Positions 9,953 through 19,909 of a DNA stretch of 64,000 nt are shown one piece after another. The stretch lies in assembly GCA_038078615.1 (NCBI GenBank), contig JBBTWT010000011.1, positions 7,480 to 71,479 of the forward strand, given 5' to 3'. A program made the translations under genes and the position numbers. The notes below the pieces were generated by a model. That model searched no databases. It was not told where the DNA came from and worked only from the letters and a program-made list of their open reading frames with translations. Numbering within the stretch: position 1 is the first letter of the stretch; every line of letters begins with the position of its first letter. This DNA is from Patescibacteria group bacterium. Lineage in GTDB: Bacteria > Patescibacteriota > Minisyncoccia > Moranbacterales > UBA1568.

Positions 9953-11316
9953 ATTTTCAGTCTGAGTTGTCCCAAATAGTCTTCAAAAGATTTTTCTATC
10001 CAATCAATCATATCCTCCGTAATACCGGGGAATGTGCCGATCCAAAACGTGTCTGCCATAACCTTATCCGAATTCTTGAGATCCCCTATTTTCCGATATT
10101 CGACATCATAGTTCACAAAATATGGCTGGCGGGTGATATTGCCTGCAAAGAGCAGCCGAGTAGCGATTTTTCTTCCATTGAGATACTGTGAAAAATCTTC
10201 TCTTGTGAAAGGACTTCCGTCTCTTATGGTAATAAGGAAACCGAACCAGCTCGGATCCGACTTTTCTGTCGCTTCAACGAAAGAGAAATACTGGCTGAAC
10301 TTTTCTAACTTCGTCCGCAAGGTCAGATAATTCTCTTTTCTTTTTTCGACAAAATGCGGTAACTTGTCCATCTGCGCCAATCCGCAAGCAGCTTGTATTT
10401 CCGTCATCTTCAGGTTATACCCGATATGCGAATAGGTGTATTTGTGATCATATCCCTTCGGCAGGTTTCCGAGCTGCCACCCGAAACGGACACCGCAGGT
10501 ATTATCTTTTCCGGTCGGACACCAGCAGTCCCTTCCCCAATCCCTGAACGAGCGGATAACCTTGTTCAAGAGAGCGTTGTTAGTGAAAACAGCGCCTCCC
10601 TCCCCTGTCGTTATGTGATGCGCGGGATAGAAGCTCGACGTCGAAATATCACCGAAAGAACCTGTTTTCTTACCATCATATTCGCTCCCCAGCCCATCGC
10701 AGTTATCCTCGATGAACCAGAGGCTATGTTTCTTGCAGAAGTCCTTGATGACACCGAGATTGAATGGGTTCCCGAGCGTATGGGCTACCATGACTGCTCG
10801 TGTTTTCTCACTCAATGCCGCCTCCAACTGCGAGGTATCTATCGAGAGCGTCTCTAATTCCACGTCAACAAAGACCGGGATGCAGCCATTCTGGACAATC
10901 GGATTTATGGTCGTCGGAAAACCGGAAGCGACAGTAATAACCTCATCTCCCTTCTTTACCCTTTTCTCCCCGAGGAGAGTCGATGTCAGAGCTGAAAAAG
11001 CCACCAAGTTCGCCGAAGATCCAGAATTAACCGTGGTACAGAATTTTACTCCGATATATTCAGCCAATCTATCCTCGAATGCTTTGGTCATATGACCTTC
11101 TGTCCACCAGCCCTCGAGTACCGCCTCGGTCATACGCAGCAATTCTTGCTCATCAAAAATTTTCCCAGAAACAGGCACAGGAGATTCTCCTGGAATAAAG
11201 CTTTTTTTAGGAAATCTTTCCTGATAATCTCTGCGAATGATTTCTTCCAGCTCTTTTCTCATAATCGCGCCGCCTGATTCAAATATTAAAGCATCTTCCC
11301 ATATGATAAATTTCAT
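9949..11316 (-). CDS. rfbH: CDP-6-deoxy-D-xylo-4-hexulose 3-dehydrase, the E1 enzyme of 3,6-dideoxyhexose synthesis (RfbH/DdhC/AscC).
   Basis: DegT-type aminotransferase fold with SFYPAHHITTGEGG, where His replaces the PLP lysine. The [2Fe-2S] cysteine motif C206-X57-C264-X1-C266-X7-C274 (DNCDG ... DCWCPTGKDNTCG) is intact. Confidence 0.85.
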   Translation of the reverse strand: MKFIIWEDALIFESGGAIMRKELEEIIRRDYQERFPKKSFIPGESPVPVSGKIFDEQELLRMTEAVLEGWWTEGHMTKAFEDRLAEYIGVKFCTTVNSGSSANLVAFSALTSTLLGEKRVKKGDEVITVASGFPTTINPIVQNGCIPVFVDVELETLSIDTSQLEAALSEKTRAVMVAHTLGNPFNLGVIKDFCKKHSLWFIEDNCDGLGSEYDGKKTGSFGDISTSSFYPAHHITTGEGGAVFTNNALLNKVIRSFRDWGRDCWCPTGKDNTCGVRFGWQLGNLPKGYDHKYTYSHIGYNLKMTEIQAACGLAQMDKLPHFVEKRKENYLTLRTKLEKFSQYFSFVEATEKSDPSWFGFLITIRDGSPFTREDFSQYLNGRKIATRLLFAGNITRQPYFVNYDVEYRKIGDLKNSDKVMADTFWIGTFPGITEDMIDWIEKSFEDYLGQLRLKI

Positions 11317-11852
11317 CTGCTGCCGATGGAGCGCGTCACCATGGGTATGATAACCTCAAGATGATGATCGACAATCAACTCCGGCAAATCATCCAAAGGA
11401 AACCATGAACAGAGTCCTGCCTCAGATTTTCTATTATACTCTACATCGCAGCGATAAACAACCTGCACCACATGACCACGAGCCTCATTGGTATTATTGT
11501 TTAAGCTGATAAATTGATAGGAGGATACCTTCATTCCAGCGCACTCCTCCTTGAGAATACGATCAAAAACGGCATCGAAATCTTCACCATATCTCAGGAG
11601 GGATCCGGGTATATGCCACTGTCCCGGATATGTTTCACTCTCATCTCGCTTCCTCAGGAGAATTTCATATTTTTCCTCTCCAGGATTATATCTTATAAAT
11701 ACAGCTTCGATCCCGATATTGACAATCAAGCGCGCCAAAGGTTCAAAAAAATCCTTTCCATACGGCTGATATTTCGGATCAATCTGCTTCAGAAGCTCTG
11801 CTGTCTTTTTTTTAAGATCTTCCTGAAAAGCAAGTAGCTGAGCTGTATCCAT
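11313..11852 (-). CDS. NUDIX-like hydrolase, a candidate nucleotide-sugar pyrophosphatase.
   Basis: Approximate Nudix box GSLLRYGEDFDAVFDRILKEECAG. ATGA overlap with rfbH. Confidence 0.35.
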   Translation of the reverse strand: MDTAQLLAFQEDLKKKTAELLKQIDPKYQPYGKDFFEPLARLIVNIGIEAVFIRYNPGEEKYEILLRKRDESETYPGQWHIPGSLLRYGEDFDAVFDRILKEECAGMKVSSYQFISLNNNTNEARGHVVQVVYRCDVEYNRKSEAGLCSWFPLDDLPELIVDHHLEVIIPMVTRSIGSR

Positions 11853-11863
11853 ATGCTGAAAAA

Positions 11864-13009
11864 TTACGCCTGAAAAAACTTCCTGATCTGCGCATCGGTA
11901 AACTCAATAGGATCCTCTGCTTTTTCGTAATAATTTTTATACCAGCTGAATGTAAAATCGATATTTTCTTCAAACTTTAATTTAGGAGACCAGCGCAAAA
12001 GAGATTTCGCCTTCGTGGTATCAAGCATGAGAATCCCTGCCTCATGTTTCGTCTTGTCTTCTTGGACTTCATATGTTCCCTTCCCCAGAAGCAGCGTAGC
12101 CCGCTTAACGAGCTCTTCGACATTCACGAAACTCTCGTGATCCGGCCCGAAATTCCAAGCATCAGAATACTCGAGTTTTCCGGCATACAGCCCAGAAGCC
12201 AGTTCAAGATATCCCGAAAGCGGTTCAAGAACATGCTCCCAAGGACGAATGGCTCGCGGACTTCTGATAATCACTCTCTCATCTTTTTCATATATTGATC
12301 GCACAATATCAGGAACCAGCCTGTATTCCGCCCAATCTCCTCCGCCGATCACATTCCCGGCGCGCGCAATAGACACGAGTGTCTGATGTTTTTTCCCAAA
12401 ATCCTTCGGGTTGAAAAAAGATTGCATATATGATTGTGCGATAATATCAGCAGCAGCCTTGCTGGCGCTATATGGGTCATATCCCCCCAAAACATCATTT
12501 TCACGGTACGGATATGCCCATTCGAAGTTCTTATAGACCTTGTCCGTGGTAATAATGACCGCCGCCTTTACGAATCCGACCTCATGGATCGCCTGTAAAA
12601 TATTCGCCGTACCAAGAGTATTGGTCGAATAAGTCGTCAAAGGATCATCATAGCTTGTCCGCACAATCGCCTGTGCCGCAAGATGAAAGATAATCTCTGG
12701 ACATTCGTCGGCAACCACCTTTTTCAATGCATCAAAATCCCTTATATCGAGAAAGTGGTTCCTTATCCGCTGTTCTAAATTCAAAATAGAGAAAAGGTTC
12801 GGCTGAGTTCCCGGTGGAAGCGATACGCCGACAACGTCAGCGCCCCACTGCAGCAATACCGCTGTAAGCCAAGAACCCTTGAAGCCCGTATGCCCGGTTA
12901 CAAGGACTTTTTTTCCTTTGAAAAAATTATTCATATTTTCAGCAATTAAGGCCATTCTCCCATATTTTCCACGGAGCTTTCTTGCTTTTCCATAATGCTT
13001 CGAGAGCAT
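11864..13009 (-). CDS. rfbG: CDP-glucose 4,6-dehydratase. The real start is probably the internal Met at 12955 or 12934.
   Basis: FFKGKKVLVTGHTGFKGSWL N-terminus and a short-chain dehydrogenase fold. The reported ORF overlaps the rfbF stop by 70 nt, and an ATG at 12934 lies 4 nt after the rfbF TGA. Confidence 0.8.
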   Translation of the reverse strand: MLSKHYGKARKLRGKYGRMALIAENMNNFFKGKKVLVTGHTGFKGSWLTAVLLQWGADVVGVSLPPGTQPNLFSILNLEQRIRNHFLDIRDFDALKKVVADECPEIIFHLAAQAIVRTSYDDPLTTYSTNTLGTANILQAIHEVGFVKAAVIITTDKVYKNFEWAYPYRENDVLGGYDPYSASKAAADIIAQSYMQSFFNPKDFGKKHQTLVSIARAGNVIGGGDWAEYRLVPDIVRSIYEKDERVIIRSPRAIRPWEHVLEPLSGYLELASGLYAGKLEYSDAWNFGPDHESFVNVEELVKRATLLLGKGTYEVQEDKTKHEAGILMLDTTKAKSLLRWSPKLKFEENIDFTFSWYKNYYEKAEDPIEFTDAQIRKFFQA

Positions 13010-13724
13010 TCTTATCGTTCAGGCTATCCATCGGCTTCCAAAACCCGTCATGGAGATAGGCTTGCAATTGATCTTTTCGAGCTAATGTCTCAAGGGGAGT
13101 CTGCTCGAATACTGTTTCGTCATTTTTCAAATAGTCAAAAATTTCTGGTTCAAGGACAAAGAAGCCGCCATTAATCCTATTTTTATTATCTTTTTTTTCT
13201 CCAAAAATAGTGACTCCGCTTTCTTTATTCATTTTGAGAGTTCCGAATCTTCCCTCAGGAACTACCGCGGTAATGGTAGCTATTTTCTTGCTTTTCTTAT
13301 GGGATCCGATAAGTTCCGTGATATTTATATCAGCAACGCCATCTCCATACGTAAGCATAAAAGTTTCATTCTCCGTATATTCCTGGATTCTTTTTATGCG
13401 TCCCCCCGTCATGGTATCCTCACCGGTATCTACCAGCGTCACTTTCCATTTTTCAGCCCAATTCTTACAGTACTGTATGCTATTTTTTTCCAAATCGAAT
13501 GTCACGTCGCTATTATGCAGGTAATAATCATTAAACCATTCTTTTATAGAATATCCCTTATAGCCCAAACAGATGACAAAATCATTGAATCCATAATGCG
13601 AATATATCTTCATAATATGCCACAAAATGGGCCTTCCTCCGATTTCCACCATCGGCTTCGGTTTTGTAGAGGTCTCTTCACTCAAACGTGACCCCAGGCC
13701 TCCAGCCAATATAACTACTTTCAT
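12939..13724 (-). CDS. rfbF: Glucose-1-phosphate cytidylyltransferase.
   Basis: MKVVILAGGLGSRLSEETSTKPKPMVEIGGRPILWHIMKIYSHYGFNDFVICLGYKGY closely matches RfbF/DdhA. Length 261 aa. Confidence 0.9.
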   Translation of the reverse strand: MKVVILAGGLGSRLSEETSTKPKPMVEIGGRPILWHIMKIYSHYGFNDFVICLGYKGYSIKEWFNDYYLHNSDVTFDLEKNSIQYCKNWAEKWKVTLVDTGEDTMTGGRIKRIQEYTENETFMLTYGDGVADINITELIGSHKKSKKIATITAVVPEGRFGTLKMNKESGVTIFGEKKDNKNRINGGFFVLEPEIFDYLKNDETVFEQTPLETLARKDQLQAYLHDGFWKPMDSLNDKNALEALWKSKKAPWKIWENGLNC

Positions 13725-13833
13725 AAATTTATAACTTCTTCTTATAATATTTTAACCCGACTCACGATACCGTAGAAATACACGCCAAACCCAGGATTCT
13801 TTTCCGGTTTTCTTGTCCGTTTTATAGGATACC

Positions 13834-14676
13834 CTATCTCAACACAAACTTCAATCCGACGAGAAACCGGAGAAAAAACATGCCGAAAGTCAGAAGCGGA
13901 TGAGCAAACATTTTTTTCCATTTCCTCTTTTCCACAAAAACGCCGAAAAAACGATAGTAGAGACCGAATTGTTTCTGCAGATCAGGATCATTTTTGCCCC
14001 ATTTTGAAATATAATCATCAAACTTCTTGGCATAATACCCTTTTTTATTGAGATACTTGCCAAGTTCAAACTCCGATTCATTATGATAGATCGGAGTTCT
14101 CACCAAAACCGTTTTTCCGAGTTGGCGAAGCTTCTTGTCCAAATCCCAATCCTCTGGACCGGTCAAGTTCTCATCAAACCCCTTCGACTGCTGGAAGGCA
14201 TTCTTCTGAATGAATCGAGCGCAATCGATGACGGTTGCATCATAGAAACTCCTTTCAAACCTTCTCACCTGGCTGAAAAATTTCTTTCCCATCACTATTT
14301 CCGAAACATAGAGAGCAACAATTCCAGAGTCTTTCCGTATCATCTCAACACAGTCCGAAACGACATCCTGGTGTAAAATCATGTCGGCGTCAAGGTACAG
14401 AAAGTATGCTCCTTTCGATTTTTCCACACCAAAATTCCTTTGAGCCGATCGCTCAGGCCCTTTGGTAAAAAATTGCACGCTCAGTGGGCTCGATTTTTCT
14501 TGAAACGCTTGCACAAGCGCGAGAGTTGCATCAGTAGAATTATTATCTACTACGATAACCTCCATGCTATCAAGCGGGTACCGTTGTCGTTGTATCGATT
14601 GCAAACAATTCTCGATGTTTTTTTCCTCGTTCTTCGTCGTGATGACAATAGAAACAAACATACCATTCATCAGCAT
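13834..14676 (-). CDS. Glycosyltransferase family 2.
   Basis: VSIVITTKNEEKNIENCLQSIQRQRY...VIVVDNNSTD motifs (DxD). Confidence 0.7.
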   Translation of the reverse strand: MLMNGMFVSIVITTKNEEKNIENCLQSIQRQRYPLDSMEVIVVDNNSTDATLALVQAFQEKSSPLSVQFFTKGPERSAQRNFGVEKSKGAYFLYLDADMILHQDVVSDCVEMIRKDSGIVALYVSEIVMGKKFFSQVRRFERSFYDATVIDCARFIQKNAFQQSKGFDENLTGPEDWDLDKKLRQLGKTVLVRTPIYHNESEFELGKYLNKKGYYAKKFDDYISKWGKNDPDLQKQFGLYYRFFGVFVEKRKWKKMFAHPLLTFGMFFLRFLVGLKFVLR

Positions 14677-14683
14677 TAACTAC

Positions 14684-15163
14684 TTATTTTTGAGCAGGTG
14701 TTCCCTTATAGTGTCCTGGTGTCACAACGGCTTTCATCTCGTAGTGGTGAAAAGTACGATACGCAATAGAGTAACTCCGTACAGTCATGCCGCGATTAAC
14801 ATTAACATCAATCAATAAATGAAAAAAGGCTCCTAGGGATAGCGCCAAAACGGCTACCTTGAGCTTGATATTGCTTTTTATGAGCCAAGCGACTGCTAGG
14901 AGTAGTATAACGTATTCCCAGCCGTGAAACAAGACGTAGATTTTGTCATTTTTGGCGAATTGCTCCCCGTGAATAAAGGACAGCATATCGAAATGAGGGC
15001 CGAAAGCGATATAATAATCGATGAGATGATCCAAATCGATCAAAACTGCGCCCAAAATAGCGGCTCCGAAAGAAATAAGCGGGCGACGCCAAAATCGCCA
15101 GACGATATATCCGACGAAAAAAGCGGTCAAAACATGAAAAAGTAGATGCAGAACTAAATTCAT
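14684..15163 (-). CDS. Membrane-bound metal-dependent hydrolase-like protein (YdjM/DUF457-like).
   Basis: About four TM helices with conserved His and Asp (DLDHLIDY, HGWEY, HLLID). ATGA overlap with the NYN gene. Confidence 0.4.
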   Translation of the reverse strand: MNLVLHLLFHVLTAFFVGYIVWRFWRRPLISFGAAILGAVLIDLDHLIDYYIAFGPHFDMLSFIHGEQFAKNDKIYVLFHGWEYVILLLAVAWLIKSNIKLKVAVLALSLGAFFHLLIDVNVNRGMTVRSYSIAYRTFHHYEMKAVVTPGHYKGTPAQK

Positions 15164-15732
15164 GTTTTTTGATGGAACTGAAATTTCTCTACATCACCCT
15201 TCGTAAGCAATTTTGTTTCATCCGCGTTTTTTATGAGACCAAAACTTGGTTTATGCGAAAATCCGATATACTCGACCTTTTTTCCAAGTGAACGAACTTT
15301 TTCTATTGCTGGAATCAGATCCGTATCCGATGACACAAGTATCGCTGTATCGTAAAGATTTTCATATGCTCCGACAAGAAAATCAACGGCCATTTTCACA
15401 TCGACGCCTTTTTCATGAAAAGTACCGTCATTATGCATAATATATCCGCGCTCAATATGAAAACCTTGCTGTTTTGATGAGAGATGATTAAAAAGTCTGA
15501 GCTGATTTTTCCTAAGTTCTTGACCCTTCTTATCATTCTCTTTCGCTCTTACTACTCCAATATAGTATGTCTTGGCAACAAGATTGCGCTCCATGGCAAG
15601 CCACTGAGAAAATTCTCCATATCCAAAATATATCAAATTCCTGATACCTAAGTCTCTTAACTTATAATGCAGATTGCTTCCATCAATAAAAACTGCGACT
15701 CGCTGTTGTTTTTCTGACTCTTTTGCTTCCAT
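15160..15732 (-). CDS. NYN-domain (LabA-like, PIN-fold) putative ribonuclease.
   Basis: RVAVFIDGSNLHY and VDVKMAVDFLVGAYENLYDTAILVSSDTDLIPAIEKV are NYN/LabA hallmarks. Confidence 0.75.
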   Translation of the reverse strand: MEAKESEKQQRVAVFIDGSNLHYKLRDLGIRNLIYFGYGEFSQWLAMERNLVAKTYYIGVVRAKENDKKGQELRKNQLRLFNHLSSKQQGFHIERGYIMHNDGTFHEKGVDVKMAVDFLVGAYENLYDTAILVSSDTDLIPAIEKVRSLGKKVEYIGFSHKPSFGLIKNADETKLLTKGDVEKFQFHQKT

Positions 15733-15745
15733 ATTTTTGACAACT

Positions 15746-15790
15746 AAAAACCCGCCGTGCCCCGTGAGGAGTCAGAGCGGGTGGTTTTAG
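15746..15790 (-). terminator. Intrinsic terminator after the radical SAM gene.
   Basis: On the minus strand, the hairpin acccgc...gcgggu is followed by UUUUUAGUUGUC. It lies between the radical SAM gene's stop codon and the NYN gene's start codon. Confidence 0.5.
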
Positions 15791-15871
15791 GTACTATCAA
15801 TATACTCAAAAAAGAGATTTCTGTCAATAACAGGCTTTTAGGCTTAGATAAAGCTTTTTTCATACAAACGA

Positions 15872-17539
15872 TTAGCGATTGACGGTGCTGTCTTCAAGAC
15901 GGACCTTGTCTTTTTCCTTATCAACCGTTGTTTTCGACTCCACGAAGTGACCGGTCAGTTTGGCCAAGGCGTTCTTCCAGAAAGCCTTGGAACCAAAACC
16001 TACCTTGGTCTGGTTCGGATCGAAGTCCAAGAGGTGTCCGATCAGTTTCTTGCCAGCCGAGTAGAAGAACTTGATATCATCGAAGCTCCGGATGCTGATA
16101 ATCTTGCGGAAAATAAACTGGGGGGAAAGGAACGCCGAGTACAGATCCTGAGTCAGGCTGAAAAGCTGTTCCTGGGTGATGGGGATCTTCATGACCGAAC
16201 CGCGCATATCGTAATCATCGTAGTCTTCGGTAAGAAGCAGCCCTTTCTCTTTGCACTCTTTCCAGAGCGGCGTCCCGGGATACGGCACGACGATAGTGGC
16301 CTGCATCGTGCTGAAGTAGCCCTTCTTGAAACAATACTTCGCTACGGCGATAGTGCGTTTCGAATCTTCATAGTCTTCCCAAGGGTACCCGAGCATGATG
16401 GTCGCGTGCGGCTCCAGGCCGGCTTTGGATGCCATGCGCGATCCATTGATCGTGTCTGCCTCCTTGGTACCCTTATCGAGCTTATCGAGCGTCTTCTGAT
16501 TCCCTGACTCCATACCGTAGAGGATGAAGCGGAAGCCCGCCTTGGCCATCAGGTTATAATATTCCTGATTCAAGGCGTTGAAACGCATATTGCAGCCATA
16601 TATCACTTTTTTGTTGTACCCGCTCTCAATCAGCAGTTCACAGAATTTCTTCAGCTTTGGCCCGATAAAAAGCGTGCCGGCATCATCGAAAATCTCCCGA
16701 ATGCCGTATTTATCCACCACGTGCTTCACCTCGGCGAACAGCCGTTCCGGCGAGAAACTGCGATAGGTGCCGATCGGGTTGATGGTATGGTCCCAGACGC
16801 AGAACGTACAGCGGTTCCACCAGCAATCGCGGCCGCTGTACATATACGTTCCGGGAGTATATTTGTAGTTGCCATTTTCGTAGGCATAGAGTTCCCAGCG
16901 CGTCAGATCGCGATCAACGAACGGCAAAATATCCAGATTGTGACGCACCCAATCCGCGCCGGATGAATACACTTTTTCTCCTCCAGGCAGCACGGATGTT
17001 TCCTTCGGAACAGCCTTGATTTCCGTGTTGCCTTCGCGCCAGTAGACACCGCCCTCGAGCTCTTCTCCCCTGTGGATATGATTGAGCAGATTGGCGACGA
17101 GAAAATCATAATCCCCGCCGCGGAGAATATAGTCCACCGAGCTCTTCTCGAACTGCTCGAGCGGTATAAATGTCACGTGATCGCCAACCCAGATAAGCTT
17201 CAGATAGGGCAATTTTTCCTTGAGATCATTAATCTGCTTCCAGTGGGTCTTGATGATCGGCGACTTGGATTCTACCATCAGATACTGCGCCCCGGTAGCA
17301 CGCAGCTCATCCACCCACTGATCGTATTCCTTGTGTTCTGAAATACCGTCCATCCAGTACACCTTGTACCCGTGCTCCTGAAGGTTGGATGCGGCATACG
17401 CAGGGACCATCGGATAAATATACGTCGGGGCGTTGAAATACTGGAATTGGCGGTTCTGGCTCAAAAGCGCCACTCCCTTGTCTGATTTGATAGGAGGATA
17501 ACCGACGACGATGGTCACTTCTTTTTCAAGCGGCTTCAT
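15872..17539 (-). CDS. B12-binding-domain radical SAM protein (class B radical SAM).
   Basis: An N-terminal B12-binding-like region, then a cysteine cluster RDCWWNRCTFC (C-x4-C-x2-C) and a radical SAM core. 555 aa. Confidence 0.65.
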   Translation of the reverse strand: MKPLEKEVTIVVGYPPIKSDKGVALLSQNRQFQYFNAPTYIYPMVPAYAASNLQEHGYKVYWMDGISEHKEYDQWVDELRATGAQYLMVESKSPIIKTHWKQINDLKEKLPYLKLIWVGDHVTFIPLEQFEKSSVDYILRGGDYDFLVANLLNHIHRGEELEGGVYWREGNTEIKAVPKETSVLPGGEKVYSSGADWVRHNLDILPFVDRDLTRWELYAYENGNYKYTPGTYMYSGRDCWWNRCTFCVWDHTINPIGTYRSFSPERLFAEVKHVVDKYGIREIFDDAGTLFIGPKLKKFCELLIESGYNKKVIYGCNMRFNALNQEYYNLMAKAGFRFILYGMESGNQKTLDKLDKGTKEADTINGSRMASKAGLEPHATIMLGYPWEDYEDSKRTIAVAKYCFKKGYFSTMQATIVVPYPGTPLWKECKEKGLLLTEDYDDYDMRGSVMKIPITQEQLFSLTQDLYSAFLSPQFIFRKIISIRSFDDIKFFYSAGKKLIGHLLDFDPNQTKVGFGSKAFWKNALAKLTGHFVESKTTVDKEKDKVRLEDSTVNR

Positions 17540-17587
17540 ACTTGTTTTTTAATTCAGAGCTTATAATTTCATTTGAGATGATTGAGG

Positions 17588-17842
17588 TTAGACATTGGGA
17601 TAAAGCTTCTTCCCATCCTGATAGATTTCTATAGCCACTACCGGACATGATTGCGCGGCACCGATTATTTTTTCCAATTCATCCCACTGGCCATCCTTGA
17701 TAATGGCGATATTCTTCTCATCAAGATCGAAAGTGGATGGGCTATACACGATGCATGTAGCGGCGCCGATGCATTTTTCCCGCAGAATCCGTATCTCGAT
17801 ATCGTCTTTTTTCACCACCTGCACATTTTCTGTCTGTTCCAT
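17588..17842 (-). CDS. Small ferredoxin (single [3Fe-4S]/[4Fe-4S] cluster type).
   Basis: CIGAATC ... CP cysteine pattern, 84 aa, immediately upstream of the radical SAM gene. Confidence 0.55.
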   Translation of the reverse strand: MEQTENVQVVKKDDIEIRILREKCIGAATCIVYSPSTFDLDEKNIAIIKDGQWDELEKIIGAAQSCPVVAIEIYQDGKKLYPNV

Positions 17843-17966
17843 AGATCTTTTATTTCTTCACGCCCGATAGCACGAAAAAGAATTTAAATTACTTATTCAG
17901 GATACTATAAAAATGACTATTCGTCCAAAGCGGCATCCAGACAGACTTGGGGCCATGGAAAGACGC

Positions 17967-18944
17967 TCAGCGCAGCTTGCTCTTGAGCTGCCGCACGAAG
18001 AAAAACCCTTTCAGAAAGCTGAATCCGTAGGCGAGATGAGTAAAGAAAATGTAATACAGAGCATGGCCTATGATAGCAATACTCCTCTCATAGCGATAGA
18101 TATCCACTGCGGATTTCAGAAGCGCCGCTCCGTAAAGGACCCACAAAGCCAGATACCAGACAAAAAGCTCCCGATCAAGAAGAACCGCTACTGTTCCTAT
18201 GCTGACAAACAAGAAAAAGGACGATGGAACGAAATACTTCCACCGAAGCGATGTTTCCGGGTATTTCTTGGCAAAGAATCCACGATGCAATCCGTATCCG
18301 CTCACCTGCTTCATATGCCTCCACAAGCCTTCACGCCGATGATGATATACGATGAGAGCGGGATCATAGAGGATCTTTCCCTTGAGTCTCTTGATGATAT
18401 CGAGACATAATTTCGTATCTTCGCCTGGCCAGAATTCGCAATCGAAGCCGCCCAGAATTGCGAATGCCTCCTTGCGGATGGAAAGATTGACGCTCGGCCA
18501 GTCATCGACCAATCGCTTTTCCCCTACCGGCACATAGCGCTCCGGCGAGCCGCCAGAAAGCGAACTCAGGAACACCGCGCCGGATACCTTCTGCCAGAAA
18601 GTATCATGTTTCGGAGTGATAGCGGGACCGCCAACCGCCGTGATGCTCGGATCTTGGAAGTTTTCATCCAATCGATCCAAGAAATCCTCCTCCGGATACG
18701 CATCATCATCGACGAAAATGATGATCTTCCCGAGCGCGTCACGAATCGCGAGCGTCCGCTTCATCGCCGGACCGCCTGGACCGCTCGCGATCTGTCTCGT
18801 CTTGGACCACGATTCATCCGTCGCTTCGTCAGGATAGATGATGATCTCGTAATCATCCCGATCGATTTTCAGGATATTCGGCACTGCCTCACGGATATAG
18901 TCATTGATCGCCTTTACCGGGATGATGAAACTGTACTTGATCAT
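17967..18944 (-). CDS. Glycosyltransferase family 2 with a C-terminal membrane region.
   Basis: FIIPVKAINDYIREAV ... IIIYPDEATDES ... FVDDDAYP (DxD-like). C-terminal TM helices. Confidence 0.7.
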   Translation of the reverse strand: MIKYSFIIPVKAINDYIREAVPNILKIDRDDYEIIIYPDEATDESWSKTRQIASGPGGPAMKRTLAIRDALGKIIIFVDDDAYPEEDFLDRLDENFQDPSITAVGGPAITPKHDTFWQKVSGAVFLSSLSGGSPERYVPVGEKRLVDDWPSVNLSIRKEAFAILGGFDCEFWPGEDTKLCLDIIKRLKGKILYDPALIVYHHRREGLWRHMKQVSGYGLHRGFFAKKYPETSLRWKYFVPSSFFLFVSIGTVAVLLDRELFVWYLALWVLYGAALLKSAVDIYRYERSIAIIGHALYYIFFTHLAYGFSFLKGFFFVRQLKSKLR

Positions 18945-18949
18945 AAAAA

Positions 18950-19897
18950 CTACACGATTGATAGCTTGTGCTTGAAATAATCAATGGTTTTTTCCAGTCC
19001 TTTTTCGAGCTGCATCGTCGGTTCCCAGCCAAGCTTCTCCTTGGCCAAAGAGATGTCTGGCTGGCGCTGCCTCGGGTCATCCTGCGGCAGATCCTTGTAG
19101 ACGATCTTACTCTCGCTTTCCGGAATCATCGCGAGCACTTTCTCCGCCAGTTCCTTGATAGTGAACTCTACCGGATTGCCCAAGTTTACCGGCCCCGTAA
19201 ATCCTTTGTCGTTATTCATCATACGGATCATCCCTTCCACCAGATCATCGATATACTGGAAACTGCGGGATTGCGAACCGTCGCCGTAGATCGTGATATC
19301 TTCGTTTTTCAAGGCCTGCACGATGAAGTTGGAGACCACGCGACCATCATGCGGATGCATATTCGGACCATAGGTGTTGAAAATTCGCACGACTCGTATC
19401 GGAAGTTTATGCTGACGGTAATAGTCAAAAAAGAGCGTTTCCGCACAACGTTTGCCTTCGTCATAACAGGATCTGATACCAACAGGATTCACTCTCCCCC
19501 AATAGCTCTCCGGTTGCGGATGCACTTCCGGATCACCATATACTTCACTGGTCGAAGCCTGAAGAATTTTCGCTTTCGTCCGTTTGGCAAGCCCGAGCAT
19601 ATTGATCGCTCCGTGTACCGATGTCTTGGTCGTCTGTACGGGATCAAACTGATAGTGAATGGGTGATGCGGGACAGGCAAGGTTGTAAATCTGATCCACC
19701 TCCACATAGAGAGGAAACGTGACATCGTGACGCAAGAATTCAAAACGCTGGTTTCCAAAAAACGGGAGAATGTTGTCCTTGTTCCCGGTGAAGAAATTAT
19801 CGACACACAACACTTCGTTCCCCTCTTTCAAAAGTCGTTCACATAAATGCGATCCGATAAATCCCGCTCCGCCCGTTACCAAGATTTTTTTAGACAT
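18950..19897 (-). CDS. uxs: UDP-glucuronate decarboxylase (UDP-xylose synthase).
   Basis: [40 protein letters not shown] and the full UXS-type short-chain dehydrogenase core. Confidence 0.8.
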   Translation of the reverse strand: MSKKILVTGGAGFIGSHLCERLLKEGNEVLCVDNFFTGNKDNILPFFGNQRFEFLRHDVTFPLYVEVDQIYNLACPASPIHYQFDPVQTTKTSVHGAINMLGLAKRTKAKILQASTSEVYGDPEVHPQPESYWGRVNPVGIRSCYDEGKRCAETLFFDYYRQHKLPIRVVRIFNTYGPNMHPHDGRVVSNFIVQALKNEDITIYGDGSQSRSFQYIDDLVEGMIRMMNNDKGFTGPVNLGNPVEFTIKELAEKVLAMIPESESKIVYKDLPQDDPRQRQPDISLAKEKLGWEPTMQLEKGLEKTIDYFKHKLSIV

Positions 19898-19909
19898 ACT
19901 GTAAATTTT

